From Acidobacteriota bacterium (GTDB taxonomy: Bacteria > Acidobacteriota > UBA6911 > RPQK01 > CBDDCF01), in the NCBI GenBank assembly GCA_965225995.1, contig CBDDCF010000032.1, positions 98,838-162,837 on the forward strand: a stretch of 64,000 bases of DNA. Reading direction: 5' to 3'. The translations under genes and the position numbers were made by a program. Positions 49,476 to 59,443 of the stretch are shown here, in pieces (position 1 is the first letter of the stretch; each line of letters opens with the position of its first letter). The notes below the pieces were generated by a model. That model saw only the letters and a list, made by a program, of their open reading frames with translations. It was not told the origin of the DNA and searched no databases.

Positions 49476-51290
49476 ATGGAGCAGCTGCGCGAGGACATCC
49501 TGGCCACGGTGGAGCGTTACTGGGGATTCCGTCAGTTTCGCCCCTTACAAGAGGAGGCCATCCAACTCGGGTTGGATCGACATGACTCAGTCGTCGTACT
49601 CCCGACGGGGGGTGGAAAATCACTCTGCTATCAGGTCCCGCCGCTGATCACCGAGCGCACGGATGTGGTGGTTTCCCCGCTGATCTCGTTGATGAAAGAC
49701 CAGGTGGACTCCCTGAGGGCGTGTGGCTACCCGGTCGCCAGCCTGCATAGTGGACTCACCCGCAAACAGCGTAACGAATCGTTTTCACTCCTTCATTCCG
49801 GTCGCTGCCGACTGCTCTTCGTGTCGCCCGAGCGCTTGGTTCGACCCAAATTTCAGGACCTTCTGGATGAGAAGGGAGTGGGAGGCTTCGCGATCGACGA
49901 GGCACACTGCATCAGCCAGTGGGGACACGACTTTCGCCCCGAGTACCGACGCCTTTCCGTGATCAAGGACCGCTTTCCCGAGGCCAGCGTACACGCCTTT
50001 ACCGCCACCGCCACGGCCCGCGTCAGAGAAGACATCGCACGACAACTTCGTTTGCGAGATCCAGTCGAGCTGGTCGGAACCTTCGACCGCCCCAACCTGA
50101 TCTACCGGGTCCTGCCCCGATCCAGCTTTTCCAAACAGTTGGACGAAGTACTCGACCGGCATCGGGGCGAAGCAATGATTATCTATTGCGTCTCGCGCCA
50201 GGACACCGAGAAACTGGCGGCGGCATTGCAGGCCAAAGGGATTCGAGCCGCCTGTTACCACGCCGGACTCCCTCCCCGCGAGCGCCGACAAACGCAGGAA
50301 CTCTTCAGCCAGGAACTACTCGAAGTGGTAGTGGCTACCGTAGCCTTCGGCATGGGGATAGATCGCAGCAATGTGCGCAGCGTAGTGCATGCCGCAATGC
50401 CTAAGTCGATCGAGCACTACCAACAGGAGACGGGACGAGCCGGCCGCGACGGGCTGGAAGCAGAATGCATCCTTTTTTATTCGGCGGCAGATGTCCTGAA
50501 ATGGCGCGCTTTGATCAATCGAAGTGAGGGGAACGAATCCGCCCGGAGATCTGCCGAACAGCTACTGGAGCAAATCCATCGCTTTTGCCTGCCTGGAGAA
50601 TGTCGCCACAAAGCCTTGTCGCGATACTTTGGACAGGAGCTGGAGACGGAAAATTGCGAGGCCTGCGATTTCTGCTTGGGAGAATGTGAGGGTCTGGTTG
50701 ACGGTACGCTGGTTTCTCAGATGATTCTGTCGTGCGTGGCCCGGGTGCAGGAGCGTTTTGGGGGCGGCCAGATTGTAGACATACTTCGCGGAGCCCAATC
50801 GAACGCGATCCGTCGACTCGGCCACGATCACTTGAGCACCTACGGTCTGCTCCGCGAAAAGAGCCGCCAGGCCGTCTTCCATGACCTCTACCAGTTAGTC
50901 GCACAAGGACTGCTGGATCGCACGGAAACCGAATACCCAATACTCAAGCTGACTGCCGACGGTATTGAAGTTCTGAAAGGCAGCCGTCAAGTCTGGTTGG
51001 CCCCTCTACAGACCAAGAAAGCTCGGAAGACGACTGTCGAAAAGAGCTCATGGGAAGGAGTCGACCGCGGTTTGTTCGCCGAGCTGAGGGAATTGCGGAC
51101 CCGGTTGGCGCGCGAGAAGTCGGTGCCTCCATACATTATCTTCGGAGACGCCACACTTCGCGACCTAGCCCGCCGTTGTCCCGACAATGAGCAAGAGTTT
51201 CTCCAAATACACGGAGTCGGAGAGAAGAAGTTGCAGGACTTCGGCCAAATCTTTCTGGAAACGATTCAGGCCCACCAGTTAGAATTCTAG
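49476..51290 (+). CDS. recQ: ATP-dependent DNA helicase RecQ
   Basis: PTGGGKSLCYQ, DEAHCISQWGHDFRPEY, QETGRAGRDG, Zn-binding, RQC and HRDC domains. Confidence 0.97.
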   Translation: MEQLREDILATVERYWGFRQFRPLQEEAIQLGLDRHDSVVVLPTGGGKSLCYQVPPLITERTDVVVSPLISLMKDQVDSLRACGYPVASLHSGLTRKQRNESFSLLHSGRCRLLFVSPERLVRPKFQDLLDEKGVGGFAIDEAHCISQWGHDFRPEYRRLSVIKDRFPEASVHAFTATATARVREDIARQLRLRDPVELVGTFDRPNLIYRVLPRSSFSKQLDEVLDRHRGEAMIIYCVSRQDTEKLAAALQAKGIRAACYHAGLPPRERRQTQELFSQELLEVVVATVAFGMGIDRSNVRSVVHAAMPKSIEHYQQETGRAGRDGLEAECILFYSAADVLKWRALINRSEGNESARRSAEQLLEQIHRFCLPGECRHKALSRYFGQELETENCEACDFCLGECEGLVDGTLVSQMILSCVARVQERFGGGQIVDILRGAQSNAIRRLGHDHLSTYGLLREKSRQAVFHDLYQLVAQGLLDRTETEYPILKLTADGIEVLKGSRQVWLAPLQTKKARKTTVEKSSWEGVDRGLFAELRELRTRLAREKSVPPYIIFGDATLRDLARRCPDNEQEFLQIHGVGEKKLQDFGQIFLETIQAHQLEF

Positions 51291-51364
51291 GGCAGCTCAA
51301 CCCTGCAGACCACAATTTAGGTGACCTGGCTGTAGAATTGGAGTAGCGTTGCCGGGGGTAAGAC

Positions 51365-52057
51365 ATGACGAAATGGTTGGCTTTCGGCTTCCTGGTGACC
51401 CTGTTGGCTCCCGCTGCGCCCCTGATCCAGCAGACCGGCTCTCTGACCATTTCGACCGAAGCCGACGCCGAGATCTTCTGGCAGGGTATCAGCATTGGCT
51501 TGGCCGACAGTAGCGGCCTGATTCAGATTGATAGGATTCCAATTGGCTCGTACGCCAGCCTGATCACCAAGTCCGGCTTCTTGGCCGAATCTACACAGAT
51601 TCGAATCGACTCTGGCAATCAACAACGACAGTTGAGCCTCACGCCGCTCACCCGCGGATCACTACCCGAGATCCCAATTTCAGACTCCGAAGACGAAATC
51701 GGATCCGAAATTGCCATCCCAACCACCGACTCGGCCCCTAAAGATGCTGGAGTAATTGAGCCGCTCGAACCCGACCCCGTGGCGGAGCCAACGGACTCGA
51801 ATGAGAAGCCGGTCCGGGAGGCTATTGAGAAACCAACCGTGCCGGTAAGCGACTTCGAACGGCCGGGAAACATCCCGACATCGCCTAGCACCGAGAGTGA
51901 CCTCAGGATTCTGATCTGGTGGGGGATAGCGATTCTTTCAATGATCGGTCTGGTCCATCTGTTTCGCAAGAGAAACCGGGAAGATCTGGTGCAGGAACAA
52001 GAAAGCATAGCGGACTTCTCCCGGGCCTTATCACCTACCAAGAACGAACCCAAATGA
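51365..52057 (+). CDS. Secreted or membrane-anchored hypothetical protein (PEGA-like N-domain, Pro/Glu linker, C-terminal TM)
   Basis: Signal peptide, GSLTIST..., GSY...TKSGF and a TM near the C-terminus. Confidence 0.6.
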   Translation: MTKWLAFGFLVTLLAPAAPLIQQTGSLTISTEADAEIFWQGISIGLADSSGLIQIDRIPIGSYASLITKSGFLAESTQIRIDSGNQQRQLSLTPLTRGSLPEIPISDSEDEIGSEIAIPTTDSAPKDAGVIEPLEPDPVAEPTDSNEKPVREAIEKPTVPVSDFERPGNIPTSPSTESDLRILIWWGIAILSMIGLVHLFRKRNREDLVQEQESIADFSRALSPTKNEPK

Positions 52058-52976
52058 CCATGCAGGACGCTTACCATGTTAGTACTCTTTGCCATCCTTG
52101 TTTCACCCTTGCAGTTCAATGGGGATCAGGCATCGGTTGAAAGGGGAGTCCTCGACGGCCTGCAACCCGGGGACCGGGGACGCATCTATTACCTGCTCTC
52201 GGTCAACCAGCGCGAGATTCGCATCGATTCCACATGGGCCTCGGTCGCATCCTGCGAGGACGCTCGATGCTCACTGATTCTCGAGGAAGAACTCGAACCG
52301 GGAGACGGCTATTACTTGGAACTGGAGCTGTCCGAGGAGCGGGCCTCGGCCACTACGCTGGGCGAGCTGGCCCGTCAACGGATCGCCGATCGAGACTTCA
52401 CAGGCGCTGAACGAATCCTGACCAGGATCGAGGCGGATGCCACGGGCGACAGCCTGGCAGCCCAGATTCAATCCAAAATCTCGGACCACCGGCTTCGCTC
52501 GCGGGAAGAGCTGCGCTCGATTCAAGAGCTTGATCAGGCCAAGAATGCACTGCGGGACCGCAACTTCACCAGGTTTTCAGAAATCTTCGCCCAGCTTGTG
52601 GAGAAGCGGGACGTTCCGGCCGAACAGATTTCACCGTTGCGCCAGACATTCGATCAAATGCGGGGCGAGCGGATGGTCAGAATCGAAGCCGGCCGCTACT
52701 CGATTGGAGAGGATGTTGCTACCGCCAAGTTCTACAATCAGTCTCCCCGCTTTTGGAAGACTTTGCAGACATTCTGGCTCGACCGATGGCCGGTGACCCG
52801 CAGCGAGTTCACCTCAATCGCAGAATTCGTCCCAGCTTCGGGAGCCCCTCAAACAGCCACTGCGTTCGCCCAGGCCGAAGCCTATTGCCGTTCCGTCGGG
52901 GAAGTGATCAACGACACGTAGAATTGGACCCGGACGACAATTAGAACTGCCCGCTTTTTCAGAGCTGATTTGGATC

Positions 52977-54480
52977 ATGGCAAGCATGGTTACAGACCAG
53001 CAGATCAGGAGACTGATGAAATTGCGGAAAAAGGAAAAGACGTTGACGATGGCGGCGGCCAAAGCGGGCATGTCGCGGAACCCGGCACGGAAGTATTTGA
53101 AGTCGGGCAAGCTGCCGAGTGAAAGCCGGTCAGAGCGGACCTGGCGCACCCGCCCGAATCCCTATGAATCCGTTTGGCCCGAAATAGAAGGGATCCTGAA
53201 TAGAAGGGATCCTGAAATAGTCTCCAACCGTGGAGGCGACAACTATTTTTGACCACCTGAATCGGATCTACGAGGGGAAGTTCGAGGAAGGACAACTGAG
53301 GACGCTCCAACGAAGGCGCAAGCAGTGGAGAGCCCACTACGGTGAGCTGAAAGAGGTGATGTTTCCCCAGAATCATGAGCCCGGACATCAAGCCCAGTCC
53401 GACTTCACTTTCATGAACAGCTGGGGAGTGACGATTGCCGGGCAACCCTTTCCTCATATGCTGTATCACTTCGTCTTGACCTACTCGAACTGGGAGACGA
53501 CGACCCTGTGCTTCGGTGAATCTTTCGAGAGTTTGACGCTGGGACTACAGAACGCGATCTGGGAACTGGGGGCGATACCATCCGAGCACCGAACAGACCG
53601 TCTATCGGCTGTGGTCAACAATCTCAAGAAGGGCGCCTTCACCGAACGCTACCAGACATTGCTCGATCATTACGGAATGAAGCGCAGCCGAACCCAAGCC
53701 GGAAAGGCTCATGAGAACGGAGACGTCGAGCAATCGCATCACCGGCTCAAGCGAGCCATCCAACAGGAACTGCTGCTCAGAGGCAGTCGCGATTTCTCAG
53801 AGCGCAAGGACTACGAGCAGTTCGTCCAGAGAATCATCGAGCGACGCAATGCTGGCCGGCAAAGACGCCTGCGAGAAGAACTGGAAGTGATGAGGCCGCT
53901 ACCGGATCGTCGCCTGGAGGACTTCATCCGATTCCGAGTGAAGGTCGCAACCAGTTCCACGATCCGAGTGCGCAACAACACCTACTCGGTGGACAGCCGC
54001 TTGATCCGCGAACAGGTGGAGGCGCGACTGTATGCCGATCATGTGGAAGTTCGTTATGGCGGGCAGCGAGTAGCCGAGATGCCTCGACTGCGGGGGGAAG
54101 GAAAGCACCGGATCGATTACCGGCACGTGGTCCACTCGCTGGTGCGAAAGCCGGGAGCCTTTGCCCGCTCTCGCTGGCGGGAAGATCGCTTTCCCGGAGT
54201 CCTGTTCCGAGTCGCCTACGACGAGCTGAGAGAGGATTGTCCACAGACGGCGGACCGACAGTATCTGGGGATCCTGGAGCTGGCGGCCCAAGAAGGGGAA
54301 AGGAAAGTCGAACAAGCTCTGAAGAACCGGATTGAAAGCGGCCGCCGAACCCGGTTCCAGGACCTGAAGTAGGATCTGATAGAGTCGGTTCTGCCGAGGT
54401 GGCAGGTCCAGGTTCCACCAATCAACATCCAGATCTATGACCGATTGCTCGGCACGCACAAGCAGGAGGTGAGGCCATGA
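52977..54480 (+). pseudogene. istA: istA transposase, inactivated
   Basis: 16-bp tandem duplication at 53183-53214 and in-frame TAGs at 53218 and 54370; QSDFT, HRTD and ENGDVE motifs. Confidence 0.85.
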
Positions 54481-55241
54481 GCGGAGGCAACCTGCAAAGA
54501 CTCAAAGAGTGGTTGGTCGAACTTCGCCTGCCGACCTTCCGCGAGCATCACGGCTCGCAGGCCGCTTTGGCGACCAAAGAGAGCTGGTCTTATCCGCAGT
54601 ACCTGCTGGCTCTGTCGGAGCTGGAAGTCGCGGATCGACGGGAACGACGGATCCAGAAACTACGACGGACCTCGAAACTTCCCTGGGACAAGAGCCTGAC
54701 TTCATTGGATCGCTCACGACTCCCGCAGAGTGTGGACCGGCAGTTGTCAGGATTGGTGGAGGGAGACTTCCTGGACCGAGCCGAAAATCTACTTGTGTTC
54801 GGTAATCCAGGAAGCGGGAAAACGCATCTTGTTTGTGCTTTGGGGCAGGAGTTGATCCTGCGAGACCGGCGGGTGCTGTTCTCGACCTGTGCGCTGCTGG
54901 TGCAGCGGTTACTGAGAGCCAAGCTCGAGCTAACTCTGGAGAGGGAACTCAAGAAGCTGGATCGGTTCGAGGCCCTGATCATCGACGACATCGGGTATGT
55001 ACAGCAGAATCGCGACGAGATGGAGATTCTCTTCACGTTGCTCTCCCATCGCTACGAGCGTCGCTCGATTCTGCTGACCAGCAACCTGGTCTTCTCGGAC
55101 TGGGAGAGGATCTTCAAGGATCCCCTGACCACGGCCGCGGCAATCGAGCGCCTGGTTCACCATAGCGTGATCCTGGAGTTGAACGTGACCAGCTACCGGA
55201 TGGAAGCCGCCAAGCAGAGAACCCAAAAGGAGACGAAGTGA
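54477..55241 (+). CDS. istB: IS21 helper ATPase IstB
   Basis: GNPGSGKTHL, IIDDIGY, AAIERLVHH..SYR. Confidence 0.93.
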   Translation: MSGGNLQRLKEWLVELRLPTFREHHGSQAALATKESWSYPQYLLALSELEVADRRERRIQKLRRTSKLPWDKSLTSLDRSRLPQSVDRQLSGLVEGDFLDRAENLLVFGNPGSGKTHLVCALGQELILRDRRVLFSTCALLVQRLLRAKLELTLERELKKLDRFEALIIDDIGYVQQNRDEMEILFTLLSHRYERRSILLTSNLVFSDWERIFKDPLTTAAAIERLVHHSVILELNVTSYRMEAAKQRTQKETK

Positions 55242-55889
55242 CTCTGAGGTGCCGCTCGAAAGGCCTTCTGCTGGCCACACAGAAAACGGCTCAAGCCCAG
55301 AGGGTATACAGCTCAATCAGCGGAGCATTCGAAGGGCAATCCCGAGCCTCGCGAAGCGTGGGAACTCCTTTCGGGCAAGCCCTCACTCCATCCCCACGCT
55401 CAAGAAAACCGGAAAAGAAAAGAGGGCTTTCAGCCCTCAGAAGAAGGAAGAAAAACAAGTCAAACAAACACCCACTTCAGCGGGCAAGAATCGTAGTCGC
55501 GGTGATCAAAAATAATTGTCGTTGAACAGGGAAGCGCCTGGCGACTGAATTCGAGTGGGAGGTGGCCGTCACCGAGAACCGAATTCAGCCAAACCAGATC
55601 GTGGAATGGACCAGCTCCTGGTACTTGCCATACCCGGGCAACGATCGGGCAGAAGATGAATTCGGACAAACCTATCGAGTGCTCAAGAGCTGGGATGGAA
55701 GCGCTCGCCAAAGCGGCCGGGAAAGGCTCTTCATGTTGCCCACAGATAAGGAATCAGATGTGGGTTTCCGTTGTGCTGATGAAGATATCCCGCGCTAGGA
55801 AATCCGAAATCCGAAGCCCGAAATCTGAGAGGAAATTCGAAACTTCGGCAAATACTTTTCTTGAATGATCTCGTGCAGCCGGAAAGTTG

Positions 55890-56603
55890 CTAACCGGAGA
55901 TGAAGCTCTTGAGCTCCGCGACACTCACGGCAAAGCCAACGTCGGGGGTCGAGTCTCCAGCACGAACGTTGCTGATACCTAGAATCTTTCCATCTTGGTC
56001 CGTGAAGGGGCTGCCGCTGTCCTGATTGTTCAGGGTTTGATCCACCTGGATGTAGAGCGTGCCATTGATCCGGCGCAAAGCACAGACCGTGGCCTGGACC
56101 ATTTGGCCGGTAGCGCTGACTGCCTTCGCTAATACCAGCACAGTATCCCCCACATCGAGTCCAGCCGTGCTCCCCATCTGGCCGAATACCGGGGTCGCCC
56201 CAGGGACCTTCACTAGAGCCAAGTCTCTCGCTTCGTCTGTTTTCGATACTCGGCCCAGAAAAACATCGCCCGAGGCAAACTCGACTCGAATCTTCTCGGC
56301 TGCTTGTACCAGATGGAGATTGGTCGCTATGCTTCCGTTATTGTCGACCACAAAGCCCTTGGCCGTACGTCCATCGGCCGGATTTTGACCGCTGATCTTA
56401 GCTGTCGGTTTCATCTTGGGGGAGGGTGCCTCCGCTTCACCTGGCATTGAAGACGTCTCAGCTGGAGCCTCCTCGGCAAGCTCAACCTGGTGAGTTCGAT
56501 CTTCTTTGCCCTCGTTCTCTGTTTTGGCCCGGGGCTCGGAGTTCGCAAGCTCCTCGAGAAATTCCTTGTCTCCAAGGGACCGAAGATGATCCTTCAAAGT
56601 CAT
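55890..56603 (-). CDS. Trypsin-like (S1) serine protease domain protein
   Basis: TNLHLV, DLALVKV and DSGSP give a His/Asp/Ser triad in a degenerate context; no PDZ domain. Confidence 0.7.
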   Translation of the reverse strand: MTLKDHLRSLGDKEFLEELANSEPRAKTENEGKEDRTHQVELAEEAPAETSSMPGEAEAPSPKMKPTAKISGQNPADGRTAKGFVVDNNGSIATNLHLVQAAEKIRVEFASGDVFLGRVSKTDEARDLALVKVPGATPVFGQMGSTAGLDVGDTVLVLAKAVSATGQMVQATVCALRRINGTLYIQVDQTLNNQDSGSPFTDQDGKILGISNVRAGDSTPDVGFAVSVAELKSFISG

Positions 56604-56798
56604 TCGATTACTCCCTGATCAGAGTTCGCCCGACGAACCGGGGTTGTCAGTGTCCGCGGGAACTCCGGGATTATAGCAACTGCCGGTGGGGTTATCTACC
56701 AGTTTCCAGGGGAAAGGCCTGTGTTTATCTTCGGATCCGTATGCTACGATTTGCGGGTCTTTCCAGCGGTTCCAGACGTCCCTGGCTTGAGCAACCTA

Positions 56799-57827
56799 AT
56801 GGCCCAATTTCAACAATTTCCCGATCCTCCTGAGAGCACAAAGAAGCTGCCGACCCTGGTTGCCGTCGCCGGAGGAAAGGGGGGTGTGGGGAAGAGTGTG
56901 GTGGCGGCCAACCTGGGCGTTGCACTGGCACAGCGGAACAGATCCCAACAAGTCGCAGCCATCGATCTGGACGTGGGCTGCGGAAACCTCAATTGGTGCC
57001 TCGGGGTGGCCGAGCCCAAAGGGATCATCAATCATTTCATTCTGGGAGAGATCGACCAGCTGAGCGAGCTCCTGAATCCGACTCCACAGAACAATCTGAA
57101 GCTGATTTGTTCGTCCTACACGAGGGTACCCGAAGTCATGCTCGACTCTGCTGCGCGGAAACGTATTCTGTCCCAGCTGAGTTCCCTCTCGGCCAGCTAC
57201 GTATTGCTCGACTTGGGAGCGGGCACTGGGGACGACGTGCTCGATCTATTCCTGGGAGCAGACGAGAAGTTGATCGTAGTGAATCCAGATCCCCTTTCAC
57301 TACAGAACTCCTTCATTTTCTTGAAGACAATAATCCTGCGTTTCCTGTTGCGCGAGTTGTCTAACGAGGATTTTCTCTCGCCGGTCAAACACCAATTGAT
57401 TCGAACCGTGGAGGCTGAAGAAAACCTCAACGTCCGCCAATTAGTGTCCAAACTCAAGCAGTGGGATCGCTACGCTACCTATGTACTGGCCGGCCTGGTC
57501 GATGATCTTCGGGTCAAGATCATAGTCAACATGTACCGCGGTTCGAAGGAGCAGCAGTCGTTTCTCTCGCGCTTCCATGAGCTGCTGTTTCGCGATCTCT
57601 GCCTCAGGAACAATCTCAGCTACTTGGGTTTTATCCACTTTGATCCAGGTATCCAGAAGTCAATTCAAGGCACGAAGCCCTACCTCATAAGATTCCGCGA
57701 TCGCGCGGCGGCTGGAGATCTCCGGGCGGTGGCCGAACGCCTGGAAACCGGAGTCGAGCTGGACAATCTTCCCACCCTTCATTTCCCCGAGGCCCCCACA
57801 AGCTGGTGGCAAAAGCGGTTCGGCTAG
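56799..57827 (+). CDS. MinD/FlhG(FleN)-like ATPase
   Basis: Deviant Walker A GGKGGVGKS, DLDVGCGNL, LDLGAGT. Confidence 0.8.
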   Translation: MAQFQQFPDPPESTKKLPTLVAVAGGKGGVGKSVVAANLGVALAQRNRSQQVAAIDLDVGCGNLNWCLGVAEPKGIINHFILGEIDQLSELLNPTPQNNLKLICSSYTRVPEVMLDSAARKRILSQLSSLSASYVLLDLGAGTGDDVLDLFLGADEKLIVVNPDPLSLQNSFIFLKTIILRFLLRELSNEDFLSPVKHQLIRTVEAEENLNVRQLVSKLKQWDRYATYVLAGLVDDLRVKIIVNMYRGSKEQQSFLSRFHELLFRDLCLRNNLSYLGFIHFDPGIQKSIQGTKPYLIRFRDRAAAGDLRAVAERLETGVELDNLPTLHFPEAPTSWWQKRFG

Positions 57828-57874
57828 CCTTCGCCGCGAGAATAAGATTTGCCCCGACTCCCCCCACCCACGTT

Positions 57875-58897
57875 ATGATGAGTGGCATTGTGGGAGTCAA
57901 AGTAGGCCTCGGAATCCTGTCGGTTACGGTAGTTGTCCTCATCCTGGGATCAGTCTTCCTGAGAAGCCCAGGTTACCTGGCCGATGAGGGCGTTCCGACC
58001 CGAGCCGGACAGCCCGACAATGCAGTCATGGCTCGCTTGCTCAATCTCAATCCCGGAGTCTGGGAAAGATTCGGCCCCGAGCAACGGATCGGACACGTGC
58101 GAGATCTCATCCAGCAATACAAGAACACTCCCTCCGGCGGATCGGGAGGGAAGTTCCCTGCCCTGTACTACGTAATTTCGACTCTCCTCACTGAGAATGG
58201 GCGGTCGGCCGAGGCCCTGGACTTTCTCGACCAAGTGACCCATGCCGCCGGAACCGACGATTGGCTGCACTTCGCCAAAGCCGTGAACCTTGAGAATTTG
58301 GGGCAGAACCAGGCAGCTATTGACGAGTTCATTCAATCCCTGTCCTACAAAATGGCCCCTGCCGTCGGCCAGCGATTGCTCACCTTGAGCCGGGAGGAAG
58401 GGCTCGAGGCGGCTGAACATTGGCGGCAACTGCGCGAGCTCATGGCTGACCGCGCCAAGGAATTCCCCTCTTTCAACCTCACCACACCAGGCGGTCAACC
58501 CCGAAGTCTATCCGATTACCAGAATGAAGCGACCCTTGTGGGTTTCTTCTTCCCCGGCTGAACGACCTGTGAAGCGGAGTTTCCGCTTCTCGACAAGATT
58601 TACCAAGAGTATCGGGAGCAGGGGCTTTCGGCGGTAGCGATCAATATCCTGGGAGAAAAAGACGGTGAGGTTGAAGGCTGGGTGAACGCTAAGGGCTGGA
58701 GCATCCCTCCCCTGATTGGGACTGACTTGCCCAAACTGCAGGAGAAATACCCCATCACCGGGGCTCCGGAAACCTTCCTCCTCGACCGTAAAGGCCGGAG
58801 CTATACCCATCATGTGGGATTTGAACGCGGGCAGGAGCAGGTGGTGGAGGCTGAGATCCGACTGCTCCTCGGCCTGGATCCTTTCGCCCTCGATTGA
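57875..58897 (+). CDS. TPR-like plus TlpA/redoxin selenoprotein (UxxC; TGA at 58559-58561 read as Sec)
   Basis: FFFPG-TGA-TTC-EAEFP; the frame stays open to 58897 with cis-Pro motif APETFLLDRKG; SECIS-like hairpin follows the TGA. Confidence 0.85.
58571..58589 (+). promoter_or_regulatory. Bacterial SECIS-like hairpin
   Basis: GAAGCGGA-GTT-TCCGCTTC, a perfect 8-bp stem; the loop G follows 17 nt after the TGA. Confidence 0.75.
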
Positions 58898-59443
58898 GGC
58901 CGGGAATCACGCGATTTACGAGCCCTCTCTGCCAGCCCGACCCGAAAACTTGACTTGTCTGTAAAGAAGTGTCCCTTATGGGTGCCTAGCGAAGCTCTGC
59001 CTCAAACCGACGAGGCCCGGACCGAGAAGACATGCCGAGAGTTTGCGTCAACCTGAAACTCTTTCCCCCCTCGCAGGCTCGGGGCTCTGAAAAGTGGGGC
59101 GCTAATCCACCCATCGTCAAGCGACCTCATTCACCTTACAGAGCTCTGATGATCCTGCCCCCGTCCTCAGGACCGGCAGTCAGTTCCCAGTTTCAGAAAC
59201 TTGACCCGACTGTAAGCAAGTTGCAAGGGAGGAGGTGCCTAGCCCGGATTATGCAAGAACCGTAGGCCGGAGTTGAAAAGAGAGTCGAAAGTGGCCCAAA
59301 TCGGGAGATCGAAGGTGCGACAGGCGGATTTTCGAGGGATCTCTGTGGACGAGCCGTGTGGAGTAGGTGGGGGAGTGAATTTCAGACGGAGTTGGGCCTG
59401 AATGAGTGTCCTAAACGATCATTCGGGAGCTAGGAGAGGCTAG

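Larger units (their letters stand above)
52905..55528 (+). mobile_element. Second, distinct IS21-family element
   Basis: Ends TGATCAACGACA / TGTCGTTGAACA; 6-bp TSD GGGAAG. Confidence 0.9.
52076..55798 (+). pseudogene. FGE-sulfatase (SUMF1)-domain protein split by IS21
   Basis: 5' part: MVRIEAGRYSIG, FWLDRWPVT, AEAYC. 3' part after the IS: GKRLATEFEWE, VEWT, VGFRCA. Confidence 0.85.

Noticed and set aside
36191-54372. Alternative genetic code or pyrrolysine explaining the in-frame TAA and TAG codons
   Set aside because: TAA and TAG end normal genes in this window, and the IS630 sister copy shows GAA at the TAA, indicating point mutation.
57950-58498. Long antisense or alternative-frame ORFs (for example 6233-7126, 16480-17565, 32443-33357, 57950-58498)
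   Set aside because: They are shadows of well-supported genes in GC-rich DNA.
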